This document shows, one piece after another, positions 49,825-62,934 of a DNA stretch of 64,000 nucleotides (its first letter is position 1; each line of letters starts with the position of its first letter). The notes beneath the pieces were generated by a model, which was given only the letters and a program-made list of their open reading frames with translations, was not told where the DNA came from and searched no databases. The DNA lies in NCBI RefSeq assembly GCF_018350175.1, contig NC_058383.1, positions 25,422,001 through 25,486,000 of the forward strand, written 5' to 3'. The stretch is from Felis catus (lineage: Eukaryota). The translations under genes were made by a program, and so were the position numbers.

Positions 49825-50995
49825 GAATGCAATGGGGGACTCTCATGGATCTTGATTTGAAAAAACCAGAAGACATGTTTGAGACAGGAAATATGAATAC
49901 AGATGGATACTAGATGATATTAAGGATTATTGTTAATTTTGTGAGAGTGCTGATGGCATGGAGAATATGTAAAATATGACCTTGGTGGCCTTGTTTCTCT
50001 AGCAAAAAAAAGCAAAGGAAAAAAAGAAAGAATCTATAGATTAAAACAGACTTTAGAGACATTTCAACCAGTTGCAACATATGGACCTTGTTTGTATGCT
50101 GATTCAAACAGACTATAAAAAGAAAAAAAGGAAAGAGATGGAGGGAGAAAGATGGAAAGAGAAGAAAAAGCAATAAAACAATATGAAAGAATCAGACAAC
50201 TATGAATGTCAACTGAATATTTGATGATATAAAGGAAATTACTGTAAAATGTTTAGGGGTGATCATGGCATTATAGCTATGTTTTTTAAAAGAGTCCTTA
50301 TCTTTTATAGATACATGCTGAAATATTTACAGATAAAATGATAAAAATGCCTGAGACTTGCTTCAGAATAATTGGCAGGGGAGAAAAAGTGGAATATAGA
50401 TGAGAGTCTAATGCACCAAGACCACCCCAGAATTGATAAGTGTCAAAGCTGATGATGCGTGCAAGGGAAATTATTACATTATTGTCTCTACTTTTGCCTA
50501 GGTTTGAAATTTCCACAATAAAGTTTTTTTTATATTCACATAAGTCAGAGATATAAACTGACATATTTGTAAGTGAGAAAACATTATAGCTGGGATTCAC
50601 TTTAAAATATTCTAAGAGATGAGGTGCCTGGGTGGCTCAGTTAGTGTCTGACTTCAATTCAGGTCATGATCGCACAGTTCATAGGTTCGAGCCCCGCATC
50701 GGGTTCTGTGCTGACAGCTCAGAGCCTGGAGCCTGCTTCAGATTTCTCATCTCCCTCTCTCTCTCTGCCCCTCCCCCACTTGCTCACGTGCACGCGCACG
50801 CTGTCTCTCTCAAAAATAAATAAACATTTAAAAATATTAAATATTCTAGGAGAAACGTTTAAAACGTAGAAAGGGTTAAATAATATGACCATGACTTAAC
50901 TGCTGGAGCTGAGTGATAGATCCATGGGTCTGCATTATTCTATTCTCTCTACTTTTGTTTACATTTGGGACTTTCCTTATAAAAAGGAAGTGAAA
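49825..50995 (+). mobile_element. Old L1ME/L1MC 3' UTR pieces containing a SINE
   Basis: GATGATATTAAGGATTATTGTTAATTTT, TTTTATAGATACATGCTGAAATATTTACAGAT, TCTCTACTTTTG...TTTGAAATTTCCACAATAAAG. Confidence 0.72.
50621..50835 (+). mobile_element. Can-SINE
   Basis: Head GGTGCCTGGGTGGCTCAG; TSD AAATATTCTAAGAGA / AAATATTCTAGGAGA. Confidence 0.92.
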
Positions 50996-51139
50996 AAGAG
51001 CTTGGTCTCTGGATCTACAGTAGCTCAGTCTGCATATGGCTCTGCCATTAACTAGCTCTGTGGCCATAAGCAAGTGATATATTCCCTACCTTGGCTTCCT
51101 CACCTCCAAAATGAGATAAAAAATAAATAAATAAAACCT

Positions 51140-51625
51140 ATATCCATAGCGGCTTTCTTTGTAATAGCCCCAAACTAGAAACAACCAAATGTCCATCAAC
51201 AGGGGGGTAGATAAATAAATTGTGATGTATCCATACAACGGAATACCTCTCAGTAATTAAAAGGAATGAACATTCATGCATGCAACAAAATGGATGAATC
51301 TCAAAATAACTATGCTCTGTGGATTAGCCAGACAAAAAAGAGTTCATACTGCATGATTCCACTTACATAAAATTTTAGAAAACGCAAACATCTCCACAGT
51401 GGTAGAAAGCATAGCATGGTTACTTGGGGAGGGGTTAGCAGGAAAGCAGGGATAGAAGATTTATAAGGGGGCACAGGGAGTACTTGGGGCTGATGGATAT
51501 GTTCATCATCTTGATTATGTTTTTTCCCCATCAGTGTACATATGTCAAAATGTATCAAATTGTACCCTTTAAATATGTGTGGTTTATTTTACGTCAATTA
51601 TATTTCAATAAAGTTGTTAAGAATA
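51140..51625 (+). mobile_element. L1M (L1MB/MD-like) 3' UTR
   Basis: GTAATAGCCCCAAACTAGAAACAACCAAATGTCCATCAAC...CAATTATATTTCAATAAAGTTG. Confidence 0.82.
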
Positions 51626-52135
51626 AAATAGAACTTATCTCAGAAAGTTATGTGTATTAAACAAGTCAGTATATATAAAATATGTAGAATTGTATCAGGC
51701 CCCTGGGGGGGCTCTCAGGCACCAATTACTGGGTGTCAGATTCTGTGCTGGGTGTTGAGAGTATAAGAAAAACAAGGCATATCAGGGTCTTGAACTCTAC
51801 CCTCACAAAGCTCTCAGACTTCTCAGGGAAGGAGAGAAAAATTTTAAGACATTGCAATTGGAAAGAACCACAGGGAATGGGGAATGTAAGTCAGTGAAGG
51901 CATCCTGGAAGAAGCAAATTATCAGCTGCAGGCTAGAAGGTAAGTAGGAGTTGGCCAGCAAAGAGTGTGAGAGAAGAATGTTCCAGTCAGAAAGAAAGCA
52001 CATGCAAAGGTCATGAGGCAGGGGAAAGCATGGCATAGTCAGGAAGTACAAGTTGTTCTACTGGGTGGATTGCAGACGGCATGAGGGTCTGGGAGAGGAA
52101 GTGGCAGAGAAGAGACTGATGAAGAACAAGAAGGA

Positions 52136-52260
52136 GGGGTACCTGTGTGGCTCCGTCAGTTAAGCGTCCAACTCTTGATTTCACCTCAGGCCATGATCTC
52201 ATGGTTAGTCAGACTGAGCCTTGCATGAGGCCCTGCACTGACAGCACAAAGTCAGCTTGG

Positions 52261-52299
<39 letters not shown>

Positions 52300-52367
52300 C
52301 CTCCCCAGCTCGTGCTTGCTCGTTTTGTCTCTCTCTCTCTCAAAAACAAATAAACATTTTTCAAAAA
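52136..52367 (+). mobile_element. Can-SINE
   Basis: TSD AAGAACAAGAAG on both sides. Confidence 0.92.
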
Positions 52368-53692
52368 AAGAACAAGAAGAAGGAGGGAAAAAGAGAAGGA
52401 GAAGGGGGAAGAACAGGGGTAGAAGAACCAGTAGCATTTGCTATTTACTATGAGCCAGGCTCTGTACTAAGCATTTTCCATTCATGAAGTCATTTACACT
52501 TAACAAACCTACAAGGTGGGTACTATTATTCTCTTTTTACATGTGAGGAAACTAATATACAGAGTGGTTAAACCACTTTATCCAAGATCACACAGCTAGT
52601 AAGGATGGCAGGGGGATTCAAATGCAAGCCTGAATGATTCTAACTCTCAACCATAACTTAACACCCTAGCACCCAGGGAAGGATCAGAGTTTTTCAAGTA
52701 TTAAAGACAGTCTAGTACCAAAATGAGTCCTTCTCCTTAACCTACTGAAAAGGATTAACAGGAAATTGGGAAGGGAACGACTTTCTCTGGAATACCATCT
52801 ATGGGAAACACTGATGGGGCAAATATTACCATCCTCTATTTAATGGATGAGGAAACTAAGTATCAGAGAAGTCAAGTAATTGGCCCAAAGTCACACAGCT
52901 GGTAAGCTTCAGAGTCTGACTCCAAATCCCAGGCAACACCCTTAAAATTACTTCTCCCTGAAGGTAACATGTCACCCCATTCCTCTTTTGTCCCACTCTT
53001 AACAGGCTATGCTGCTACAGAGCTCAGGACTTCTATTTTCACTTCGTCAGCCTGGTATCCAGCAAAACCGTCTGAGGAAGGTCATCATGACCACTGTGGA
53101 CAGAAAGGGACATCAGACTTCCACTTCTTGAAAGTGGGTGTCAGAATCCTATGACACAGCACTCTCAGCCAGCTCCTCTTTTTTATTGAATTAGCACTGC
53201 TTGACACAATCTCTCTTTTGCCATTTTAATGTGATAAGTGGCTAATTTGATTGGGTTCAATGAGATGTAAATGATTGGATTCAATAAAGAACCAAGGAGT
53301 GTTCCCTCTACCCTGCTGACCTCATTTCTCATTAGAGGTGCAGCTCTCTGCCCAGAAACACCAAGAGAGGAGATAGAAGCCCTTGTTTGCACCTTCTTGA
53401 TGAGGAAGACTCCAGGCTTCCCTCTCGTCCAGTTCCAGGGATCTTGCTGAATAGGGAAACCTTGATTCTGTAAAATGGAATCACCACATTTGCAGATCAT
53501 TACCATACCTGTGCCTCCATCAGTGGCACCCATCCCAAAGGGCAGCCTCAGGATGTTTTGTCCAGAATGTATTATGCCACTCCCAAAGCACTATCACTCA
53601 GTTTGCACTAGAGTGCAGTGATCATAACACTCCCAGGAGGCACAGGTACAGAGTACTTACTAAATTCCCTGAGGACAGTGTGGCATCCAGAC

Positions 53693-53859
53693 AGGGTTAC
53701 CAGATAAACTACAGAATGCTATTATATACACAATTTTTAGTGTTAAGTATGTCCCAAATATTGCATGGGACATACTTTTGTTAAAAATTACTCATTGTTT
53801 ATCTGAAATCCAAACGTAACTGGATTCCTATAGTTTTGTTTGCTAAATCTGGCAACCTT
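53693..53859. mobile_element. MER53-like palindromic DNA element
   Basis: Termini AGGGTTACCAGA / TCTGGCAACCTT; central hairpin AAGTATGTCCCA-N9-TGGGACATACTT. Confidence 0.85.
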
Positions 53860-54128
53860 AGATCCAAAACAAATATGGACAGATTAACCTTCAGGAGGGG
53901 ACAGAATACTCCTTCCATTTTAAGAGTAAAAAAATGAATGGTGGTATGACTTGTGATTTGTGCAAGATACTTAACCTAAGCTTCATTTCCTCACATGTAA
54001 AAAAAAAAAAGAAAAAAAAAAAGGAGATGATAAGAGTATCTACCTCCTAGAGTTTGGTGAATTAATACATGTAATGTAATGTATTAAATGGGTTAATGTA
54101 TATAAATTGCTTGGAAAAGTCCCTAGCA

Positions 54129-54346
54129 TGGGCGCCTGGGTGGCTCAGTCAGTTAAGCGCCCGACTCTTGGTTTTAGCTCAGGTCATGATCTCATGGTTC
54201 ATGGGTTCAAGCCCTGCATCGGGCTCTGTACTGACCACGTGGAGCCTGCTCAGGCCTCTCTCTCTCTCTCTGCCCCTCCCCCACTTGAACGCGCATGCAC
54301 ACTTGTGCATGCGCTCACTCTCAAAATAAATAAACTTAAAAAAAAA
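54129..54346 (+). mobile_element. Can-SINE inserted in a MIR
   Basis: GGGCGCCTGGGTGGCTCAGTCAGTTAAGCG head; flanks AAAAGTCCCTAGCA / AAAATTCCTTAGCA. Confidence 0.93.
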
Positions 54347-55604
54347 TTCCTTAGCACATAGTAGACACAATGTAAGAAATTGTGGTGGTGATATTGATAA
54401 CAAAGAGAAGAACGAAAAGAATGAAGAGGATGATAAATCTCAAGATGGGTATAACCGCTACTTCCTGTTAAAACAGGAAGTAAAGATAATGCCTACCTGA
54501 TGGCTTATATTTTCTCTTTGAAACTTCCAAATGTAGGAGCCATAACCCTACCATTTTGTTCACTGCTGATTCTCTAGTGCCTATCAATACACATGCCATG
54601 TGCTAGGTGATCAGTATTTGGTGAGAGGAAGAAGGACAGCAGGAAAAAAAAAAAAAAGGATGGTAGAGAGGGAGATTTAGGACAAGTTAAGAAAGTTGGG
54701 AAAGAAAGGCAGCTGAATACAGTAACATGAGGAATTTAGGCTACAGTGAGAATAGATCCCTTGAATTGCAGTGGTGCCAATATAAATACTCCGGGATTTA
54801 ATCCAGGAGAACTCCCCAGAACAGACGTAGGTGCAGATAGTCAGAAAGATGCATGGGTTCAGGATGGGGGATTCACCAGTGGTATAAGAGAGGGAGAGCG
54901 GAGTGAGGCAGTTGAAGACACTGCTAAGAAGTTAGCTCAAATGATGGACTATGATTCCTAGACTTGACAAGGAAAGGAGTGAAGACACATGGGGGCTGGC
55001 AGAAATAAAGAAAATTGAAGGTGCAGTGGCCATCTTTGCGGGGGGGTGGAGGGGGAGGGTAGTAAGTGAATGAAAAGTTCGAAGGACAGGAGAGTGTGAC
55101 CTGAGTATGAAGTGTCTACATTTAGGATTTCAGTGATGGAGCAGTTCTGGGTGACCATGAAGTTCAGGTTATGGCCAGAGAGAAGAGAGTCCAACTTTCT
55201 TATTTAAAATGTAATAGCTCAGACTTATTCTGGAACACTTGCTTGTGTTAAGCTCTGTGACAAGCACGTTCTTTACATCCACTATCTTTTCCATCATTAC
55301 CTCATTTGATCCCCACAACACTCCAGGAAGTAATCTATCCTTTTTTTAACAAAGGAGAAACTGAATAGAGGATTAATAATTGCCCAAGTTCTCAGGACTA
55401 TTTAGGGGTAGAACCAGGATTTGCACCCAGGTGAGCTCCAGTGCCCATGGTCCTAGCATCCTCACTATACTGCTTAGGTGGAGAGCAAAAAGGGGCTATA
55501 ACTCACTCAGAGTGAGGAAGTCAGAACATAAACCATTTTTTTTTTTTTGACCTTCAAGGAAAGTGCATTTGGTAAAGTACTCTGGCACACAGCACGAATC
55601 CACT

Positions 55605-55960
55605 TCCTGGGATGTTAGTTAGCCTCCAAGATGGCCCTCAAAGAGTCCTGCCTCCTAGTCTCCATACCTTCTTATACTATACCAGCCTTGGTCTGTGTGA
55701 CCAATAGAATGTGGCAGAAGTGATGATAAGTCACCTCCAAGATTATGTGATAAAAGGTACTATGGCTTTTGTCTGGGTTTACTTAGATCGTTTACTCTGC
55801 GGGAGTCCAGGTGCCAGAGTGTGAGGACACTCAGGTACCCAAAAAAGAAGCCCACATGGCAAGGAGCTGAGGCCTGTAGTCAACAGCCAGCCAGGAAGTG
55901 AAACCACCAACAACCACGTGAGTGAACAGGGAAGCAACTGCAACTCCAAGCATCACTTGG
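55605..55960 (+). mobile_element. MLT1F-like LTR fragment
   Basis: AGCCTCCAAGATGGCCCTCAA...GTGTGACCAATAGAATGTGGCAGAAGTGATG...GGCAAGGAGCTGAGGCCT. Confidence 0.75.
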
Positions 55961-56018
55961 ACACATTGCTTAAATTCTCTGAGGTTCATTTTCCTATTCC
56001 TTAAAATGGGAATAATAA

Positions 56019-56140
56019 TGGCATCTGGGTGGTTCAGTCGGTTAAGCATCCAACTCTTGATTTCAGCTCAAGTCATAATTTCATGGTTTGTGGGACTGAG
56101 CTCCACAATGGGTCCTGACAGCATGGAGCCTGCTTGGGAT

Positions 56141-56184
<44 letters not shown>

Positions 56185-56272
56185 CTCTCTTTGCCGCTGC
56201 CCTGCTCATGTACACATTTTCTCTCTCTCTCTCTCTCTCAAAATAAATAAATAAATTTTTAAAAATTAAAAA
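56019..56272 (+). mobile_element. Can-SINE inserted in a MIR
   Basis: TSD TAAAATGGGAATAATA / TAAAATGGGGATAATA. Confidence 0.92.
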
Positions 56273-56940
56273 TAAAATGGGGATAATAGTACTCACCTCT
56301 GAGAGTTGTTGACAAGGATAATGACTAGCACAACCATATAAAAATCTGACACACAAGTACTTAATAAACATTGGCTATTATAGTATTAATGCTATTATTA
56401 GAATTAGTAGTATTAAAGCTGAGTAAGAACGGCCAAAAAAAAAAAATGCAAGAATCTCTGTTACCTAAAGTATCTGTTCAGAAACTACACAGAGTTTTGA
56501 AATAAGATAAATAAATCTGCCAGTGCAATGGCCTGCAAAGAACACAGACAAGTGTTGATTGTGTAAGGCATGGAAAATCATCACAAATGGTGCTTCTGGG
56601 TATTCCCATCTCAAACACCCAAATGTGTACCCCTGGCATCAGGCCTAGATGCTGGCAGGTGGCTGACTTCCAGGCGCTGCCCATTTCATCTGCGCTGGAC
56701 TCGTCAGGCCATCAAAGAAGTGAGTCAAAGGCTTAGTCACTGTTGGCATGTAGCAGAGGTTAGATTAGGGAAGGAATTGAACTCAGAAGCAGAGCCTTGT
56801 CAGGAAAGACCTCAACCATGCCATCTCTCCCTGGCCACTGGAAATCCCTGGTTGCTCCAGAGGTTCCCTCACTTCAGGGGAGCACAGGCACGGAATGGGA
56901 GCCTGAGATGAAATCAATCCTGTATTTAAAGGAATCCTAC

Positions 56941-57154
56941 CAGGCGCCTGGGTGGCTCAGTCGGTTAAGCATCCGACTTCGGCTCAGGTCATGATCTCAC
57001 TGTCCGTGAGTTAGAGCCCCGCGTCAGGCTCTGTGCTGACTGCTCAGAGCATGGAGCCTGTTTCAGATTCTGTGTCTCCCTCTCTCTCTGACCCTCCCCC
57101 GTTCATGCTCTATCTCTCTCTGTCTCAAAAATAAACATTAAAAAAATTAAAAAA
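56941..57154 (+). mobile_element. SINEC_Fc-type SINE
   Basis: TSD TAAAGGAATCCTAC / TAAAGGAATCCTGC; CpGs retained. Confidence 0.94.
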
Positions 57155-57669
57155 TAAAGGAATCCTGCATAGGAGCTTATTTCCAAATCTTAGTGATAAG
57201 AACTAGGACTCCAGGGTCAATTCCAGCCCCAGTTCAGCCACATACTAACTAGTTGCATGTCCTTGGGCAAATAACTTTACACATCTGGGCCTTGATTTCT
57301 TCACTGTAAAATGGTGAATGTCGCTGCCTCTCTGACAGGGTTTGTGAGGTTAAAGCAAGATAACACATGTAAATCAAGGGACCTAGCACATAGTAGGCCC
57401 TCAATTAATGGTATCTAGACATTTACCAGGGTTTGCTCCGTGGGGATAATTAAACTGCCTTCAGGTTGTTTCTGTGAGGACTAAACAAGGTGATAGGAGT
57501 AACAGGCATGCTCTGCACATAGTGGGTCCCCAACAAGATGAATTCCATTCTTTCTAGTAGTTCCTAAAATCTCTCCTTCTTCAAAGAGTCTTCCCAGGCT
57601 TTTCAGAAAAGGAATGGTAAATACCTCAGGCTTCTTGGCCAAATCTGAAGTCCCCTTGACAGGATCACT

Positions 57670-58070
57670 AAGGTAGAGATTGGCTAGTTGGTCACCAAAC
57701 ATGTTCTCTTCTTCTTGGGCATATGACTAAACCACATTTCCCAGCATCTTTTGCAGTTATGTGTGGCCATGTGACTGAATTCCAGGCAAAGGATGTGGAC
57801 AGAAGTGATGGGAGCTGCTTCCATGCCTCGCCCTTGAAGATCTCACTTCCCCTTCATGTTCTCTCCCTCATTCTCTGGTTAGATGTAGAAGATTTCAAGG
57901 CTCCAGAGGAGGGAGCAGAGCCACAAGATGGAAAAAACCTGGGTCCTGGAATCACAACCACCCCAATGACCAGAACAACCACAATGACCCAGTACATGAG
58001 TGAGAAATAAACTTTACAGTATTTGCACTACTGGATCTAGGGATTGGTTTGTTTCAACAGCTGGCATTAC
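57670..58070 (+). mobile_element. MLT1J-like LTR
   Basis: ACATTTCCCAGCATCTTTTGCAGTTATGTGTGGCCATGTGACTGA...GAGCCACAAGATGGAA...GAGTGAGAAATAAAC. Confidence 0.75.
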
Positions 58071-58225
58071 AATCAGCATCTGGAGAATCCCACTCCAAAT
58101 CCCCACTGCAAAGAAGACCAAATGGATTTAATGAACTTGGCTCTCCCAGAGATCTGAGATTCATATATTCCATCTGCAAATATGAATGCTTTTGACTTCA
58201 AAACTGTCATAAAAGAATAGCTCAT

Positions 58226-58440
58226 GGGGGCGCCTGGGTGGCGCAGTCGGTTAAGCGTCCGACTTCAGCCAGGTCACGATCTCGCGGTCCGTGAGTTCGA
58301 GCCCCGCGTCAGGCTCTGGGCTGATGGCTCAGAGCCTGGAGCCTGCTTCCGATTCTGTGTCTCCCTCTCTCTCTGCCCCTCCCCCGTTCATGCTCTGTCT
58401 CTCTCTGTCCCAAAAATAAATAAACGTTGAAAAAAAAAAA
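58226..58440 (+). mobile_element. Very young SINEC_Fc
   Basis: Near-consensus, CpG-intact body (GGTGGCGCAGTCGGTTAAGCGTCCGACTTCAGCCAGG); perfect TSD AAAAGAATAGCTCAT. Confidence 0.96.
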
Positions 58441-61264
58441 AAAAGAATAGCTCATGGGGAATTAATCTAGAAGGTACTACCCATAATAAGATCCATCATT
58501 TCTCAGAGTATGCCAGCCACTGTTTCAAGTACTACATATGCTTGATCTCATATACTCCTCACAATAATGATAGGCAATAAATGTTATTAAGCTATTTTAC
58601 CATGGAGTGACTGAGGATGAGTGGAATTAAGTCACATTTTCTCATTTCACAACAGAGAACTGCTATTATGGCATGAGACACTGATGGTTCCATTGTATCA
58701 GGAGCTACAAGAGGAAGAGGTCTGCCCTGGGGTGTCTGGGAGCTAAGAGGGAACAGGAAAGTTCCTGGGGGGTATGGGGAGATGACAATGCTGTTATTTC
58801 CAGATCATGAGAACAGACCAATGCCCAGACATTGATACATTTACCCTAGGTCAGCCCTGCCCAGTGTCACATATTTGATGTAGACATTTCATTTGTCTAT
58901 TACCAGTATCCACCAGAGGCATATGCACATCTGCGGGTTTGGAAGCTTTCCACTTACCTTTCCACACCAACCATTAAATGGTTCTCTTTTGAATTCTCAG
59001 GGCATTTTGTCTGTACCTCTCTCTGTGTGAAGTCAGGCAAGTTACTTAATGGCTCTGGGAATTAATGTTTTCATCCACAAAAGAGACAATAACAGTGCCA
59101 ACTTCCTTGGGTGGTTGTGAAAATTAAATAATATATGTGAAGTGTTTAGTATATACTAAGTGGCAAACAATTGGGCGTATACACATATGTATGTGCATAG
59201 ACATACTTTCTGTCTGTCTGCCTATCTTCTAAAGATAATATTAACTCCTCTGGTGTCAGGAGAATTTACTAAAATAACATATTTCCAGTCAGCACAGCAG
59301 CTATACAAAGAAACATTCAACGAATCCTAGCTGGTGTTATTACTGCAAGCCACCCACCATCAGCATTGGATTGGGATGAAGAAGTCCCTGGTTTGAGTCC
59401 TGGGTCTCCCTAAATAGGCAACTTTGGCCAGGGAAATACATCTTTCTATGCCTCAGTCTTTATGTCAACAACATGAAAATAATGATGCTCACCGTGGGGA
59501 ATTTTTTTTAAAGTATTGAACAGTATATAAAAATATTCTATAGATGGTAATAAACTTTTTAAATGTGTATAATTACAGTTATTTGGGGACGTGCCCTTTA
59601 TAGTCTTGTTAACAGGAAACAGATTTTGCTTCTTTAGCCCCCCAGCACCCAACACGATGACTGGCACATAGTAGGTGCCCAAGAAATGCTAAACAACTGA
59701 GTGAATGAACAAATGTATGAATGAAAAGTTTGTATATCTGTTTTTTGAGCTTCCAGGACTCAAGTTTTTTTTTTGTCTCTGATGTAAATTTCTCTTGGAA
59801 TAATAAGCTATGTAACCCACCAGTCCAAGGCCTCAAGCTTGATTTTCGATAATAATGATGAGGACTTTCCAAACACTTCCCGATAAGCATAACAATAATA
59901 ATAATTGAATGCTTTACTTTCAAAGTGCCTTTACATCTGTCATTGCATTTTATTCTGTCAGTGCCCTTATAAAAGTAAGAGTTATTATTTTCATTTTGCA
60001 AATGGAAGAAAAATTGAGGCTGAGAGAGAAAATGCAATTTTCCCAACTCTGTGAGCCAATGGCCTCTCTGAAACTTCTAGGAGAAACCTGATTTAAGTTA
60101 TTCTTTCCCCTCCTAAGAAATCTGAGTGGCCTGATTTAAAGATTTGGAAAAATGCCTTCATTATTGGTATCTTGCAGAGCTCATTCTAGGTTGGCTATTT
60201 GCTCAACTGGCTAAATGGCATCATCTTCTACACAATTGGCCAATCTAGAAATTTGGAAATTATCCCAGGTTCCTCCCTGTCTCTTGTGTCCTTCCATTCC
60301 ATAACCCCACATACCTGCACACTCAGACATATGCATGTACAAACCTGTTTCATCCATTTTCCCTCTAAAACATCTCTACAACCTTACCTATCTCCACTAC
60401 CTATACACTAGGTGGGGCCACCATCACTTCTCACCTGGATGACTGCAAAACCCCTGAATGACCACTATGCCTCCATCCTGGCCCCTCTGACCATCCCCCA
60501 CAACCTGAGTGATCTCTTAAACATACAGATTATATTCCATAGCCTTAAGATGGAACCCAAACTCTTCACTATGACCCAGCCAGCCGTTCAGGATGTGCTC
60601 TCTGCTCTCCTGACTTTCTCTCTGGCCACCACTCTATCTTACTCACATTCCCACCAGAAGGAAGTCCTTGAAATTCCTAGAATTTCCTGCTCTCTCTGGC
60701 CCCTGGTCCTTCACACATATTGTCCCCTCTCTCTTCTGGGAAGACCTGTCTCTCCTCCTTACTTTCTGTTCTCCAGGACATGACCTAAACATCCCAGCCT
60801 CAAGGAACCCTCCCTTGTTCTTGCAATCCCCTGTGCTTCCCTTATCAATACACTTTGTCATTTCTGTGGCCCCACTACCAGCTGTGAGAGCTAAGTAAAA
60901 CTGTATTCAGCCATCATTTTCAAATGAATTCCACTCCTGTCCAAAGTTCTCCCAAAAACTGTGATTGCAGGGCAAGAGAGGAACTTCACAGTCTCCTCTG
61001 GCTGACCACATTATGCCTAATGGGAAACTCTAGGCCTTCTCCAGCTTTCACATTAAAAACCACTCTCACCATTACAAAGGGGATTGTTTGACTTTCCTAT
61101 AATGTTTGGAGGTTCCCAGAACAGTATCAAGATACTTTACAGAAACACATATCCTTCTCCCATTTTGTTGGAACATTCCATTTAGATGCTTCTACCATTC
61201 CCCCCTCCATATCTCCTACAAAACAGCTTAGCAAATCCTTGGGGTTTCACTCTCTAAACCAATA

Positions 61265-61528
61265 GAGTAGCCAAGAGCCACATGGGGGTACTGAGCACTT
61301 GAAATGTGACTAGTCCAAATGGAGACCCATCATAACCATAAAATATACACTGAATTTTGAAAACATAGCACAAAAAAAAGAATGCCAAATAGCTCACCAA
61401 TAATTTTAATATGATAATATTTAAATATAATAAATAATTTCACTTGTTTCTTTTTAACTTTCAATGTGGCTCCTTGAAAATTTTGAATTTCATATGTAGC
61501 TCACACTGTATTACTACTGGACAGCATG
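61265..61528. mobile_element. MER3/MER33-like hAT relic
   Basis: AGCCACATG...TGAGCACTTGAAATGTGACTAGT...CATATGTAGCTCAC...CTGGACAGCA. Confidence 0.75.
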
Positions 61529-62934
61529 GTCTAAACCACTGAGCTCACATGGGTGAGTTAGGCATGTTTCTTCAGAAGAAATTCCAGTGCCAGGTTTTAA
61601 GATGATGTTTAATATCTATTCCTTCATACATCATAGGGTGAAGACACTATAGCTCAGAAGTTCATCTTCTCTTAGTCTGTTTCCCAGTGATAAAATGAGG
61701 AGAGAGTTATTCATTTGACAAAGTGTTCTCAAATACCACAAAGCAACTGGCCTTGGGGATACAGATATGAATGAAAGGGCATGGAACCTACCCTCAGGGA
61801 TAGACCAAGGGGAACTTTATGATCCCTAAAATTTCCACATCACTTCAAATTTCCAATTTTCAGTTGCACAGTCTAGGATTCCTCCACTTGGGGTCTAAAC
61901 ATGAGGAAGTCAGGGTCTTGAAACTTGAAAGGTATTTTTCTACAGGAACGGCATTATAAAACATGTAATATAAGGTCCCAGACTACCTCTGTACAACCTT
62001 TTTTAATTGATAATTATAGTAATATTTATTCTGTACAAAACATTGTGCACTGTCTCATCTAACTTTCCTATCAACCATGAGAGTTAGACGTTAACATATT
62101 GCCTTTTCAGATTAAGGACCTGAGGTTCAGAGAAGTTTAGTAGTTGCCTGAGTACACACAGTTGGAAAATGGTAAAACTGGTATTTCACCAAGATTTGTG
62201 TAGGTGTGGAGGAGAGGGGGTTGAAAACCATGGCATGTTTCCTTAAGTGGAGATAAAAGCTCTTCCTACTTTCTCTCTACCAGAGACTCCATTAAATTTT
62301 CTAGCTGGCTTTCTTGGAATGTGTTCCAAGCATGAACGCTGGAAGAACCCTGAAATAAATGGAACTTTTTTCAGTTGCAATTTGTAACTTACAAGGGACA
62401 GAAAACCCAATATACACAGTTTAAGCCGAACAATGATAGGGATGGAGTCAGAATTATTGGCTCAGAAATTTCAAAGTTAAGGGATATTTAGCTTCCAGCA
62501 CAACTTTCAGGGGCTCAATCCACACCATCAGGACCTGGTGTCTATCCACCTCTTTTCATCTTGTTCTCCTGAATTATCTCCAGGCTTTTTGTTCTCTTGA
62601 ACTCTAATCTCCTACAATCTCTATCCTTCATAGCAGCAAGATTCTCTTCCCTGGAGGTATCACAAAAAGTTCCATAATTTTCTCTAGTTGGTTTTAAAAG
62701 GGTCACATGTCCACCTACAAACCAATCATTGTGGCCAGGGGATGGAATGCTCTGACTGGCCAAAGCTAGGTCACATACTCACTCTTGAACCTGGGGGATA
62801 TGGCCAATCCCACCCAAACCACCCACCTGAGATAAGTGGAAAGTGTTTTCCTGAAGGAAATTTGCTGTTACCAGAGTAGGCAAAGAAATGGATGATGGAC
62901 AGGCAAACCCCACAAATATTAACTTTAGTGTTTA

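Noticed and set aside
58226..58310. tRNA genes
   Set aside because: The A/B-box sequences are heads of tRNA-derived Can-SINEs, followed by SINE bodies, CT tracts and A tails.
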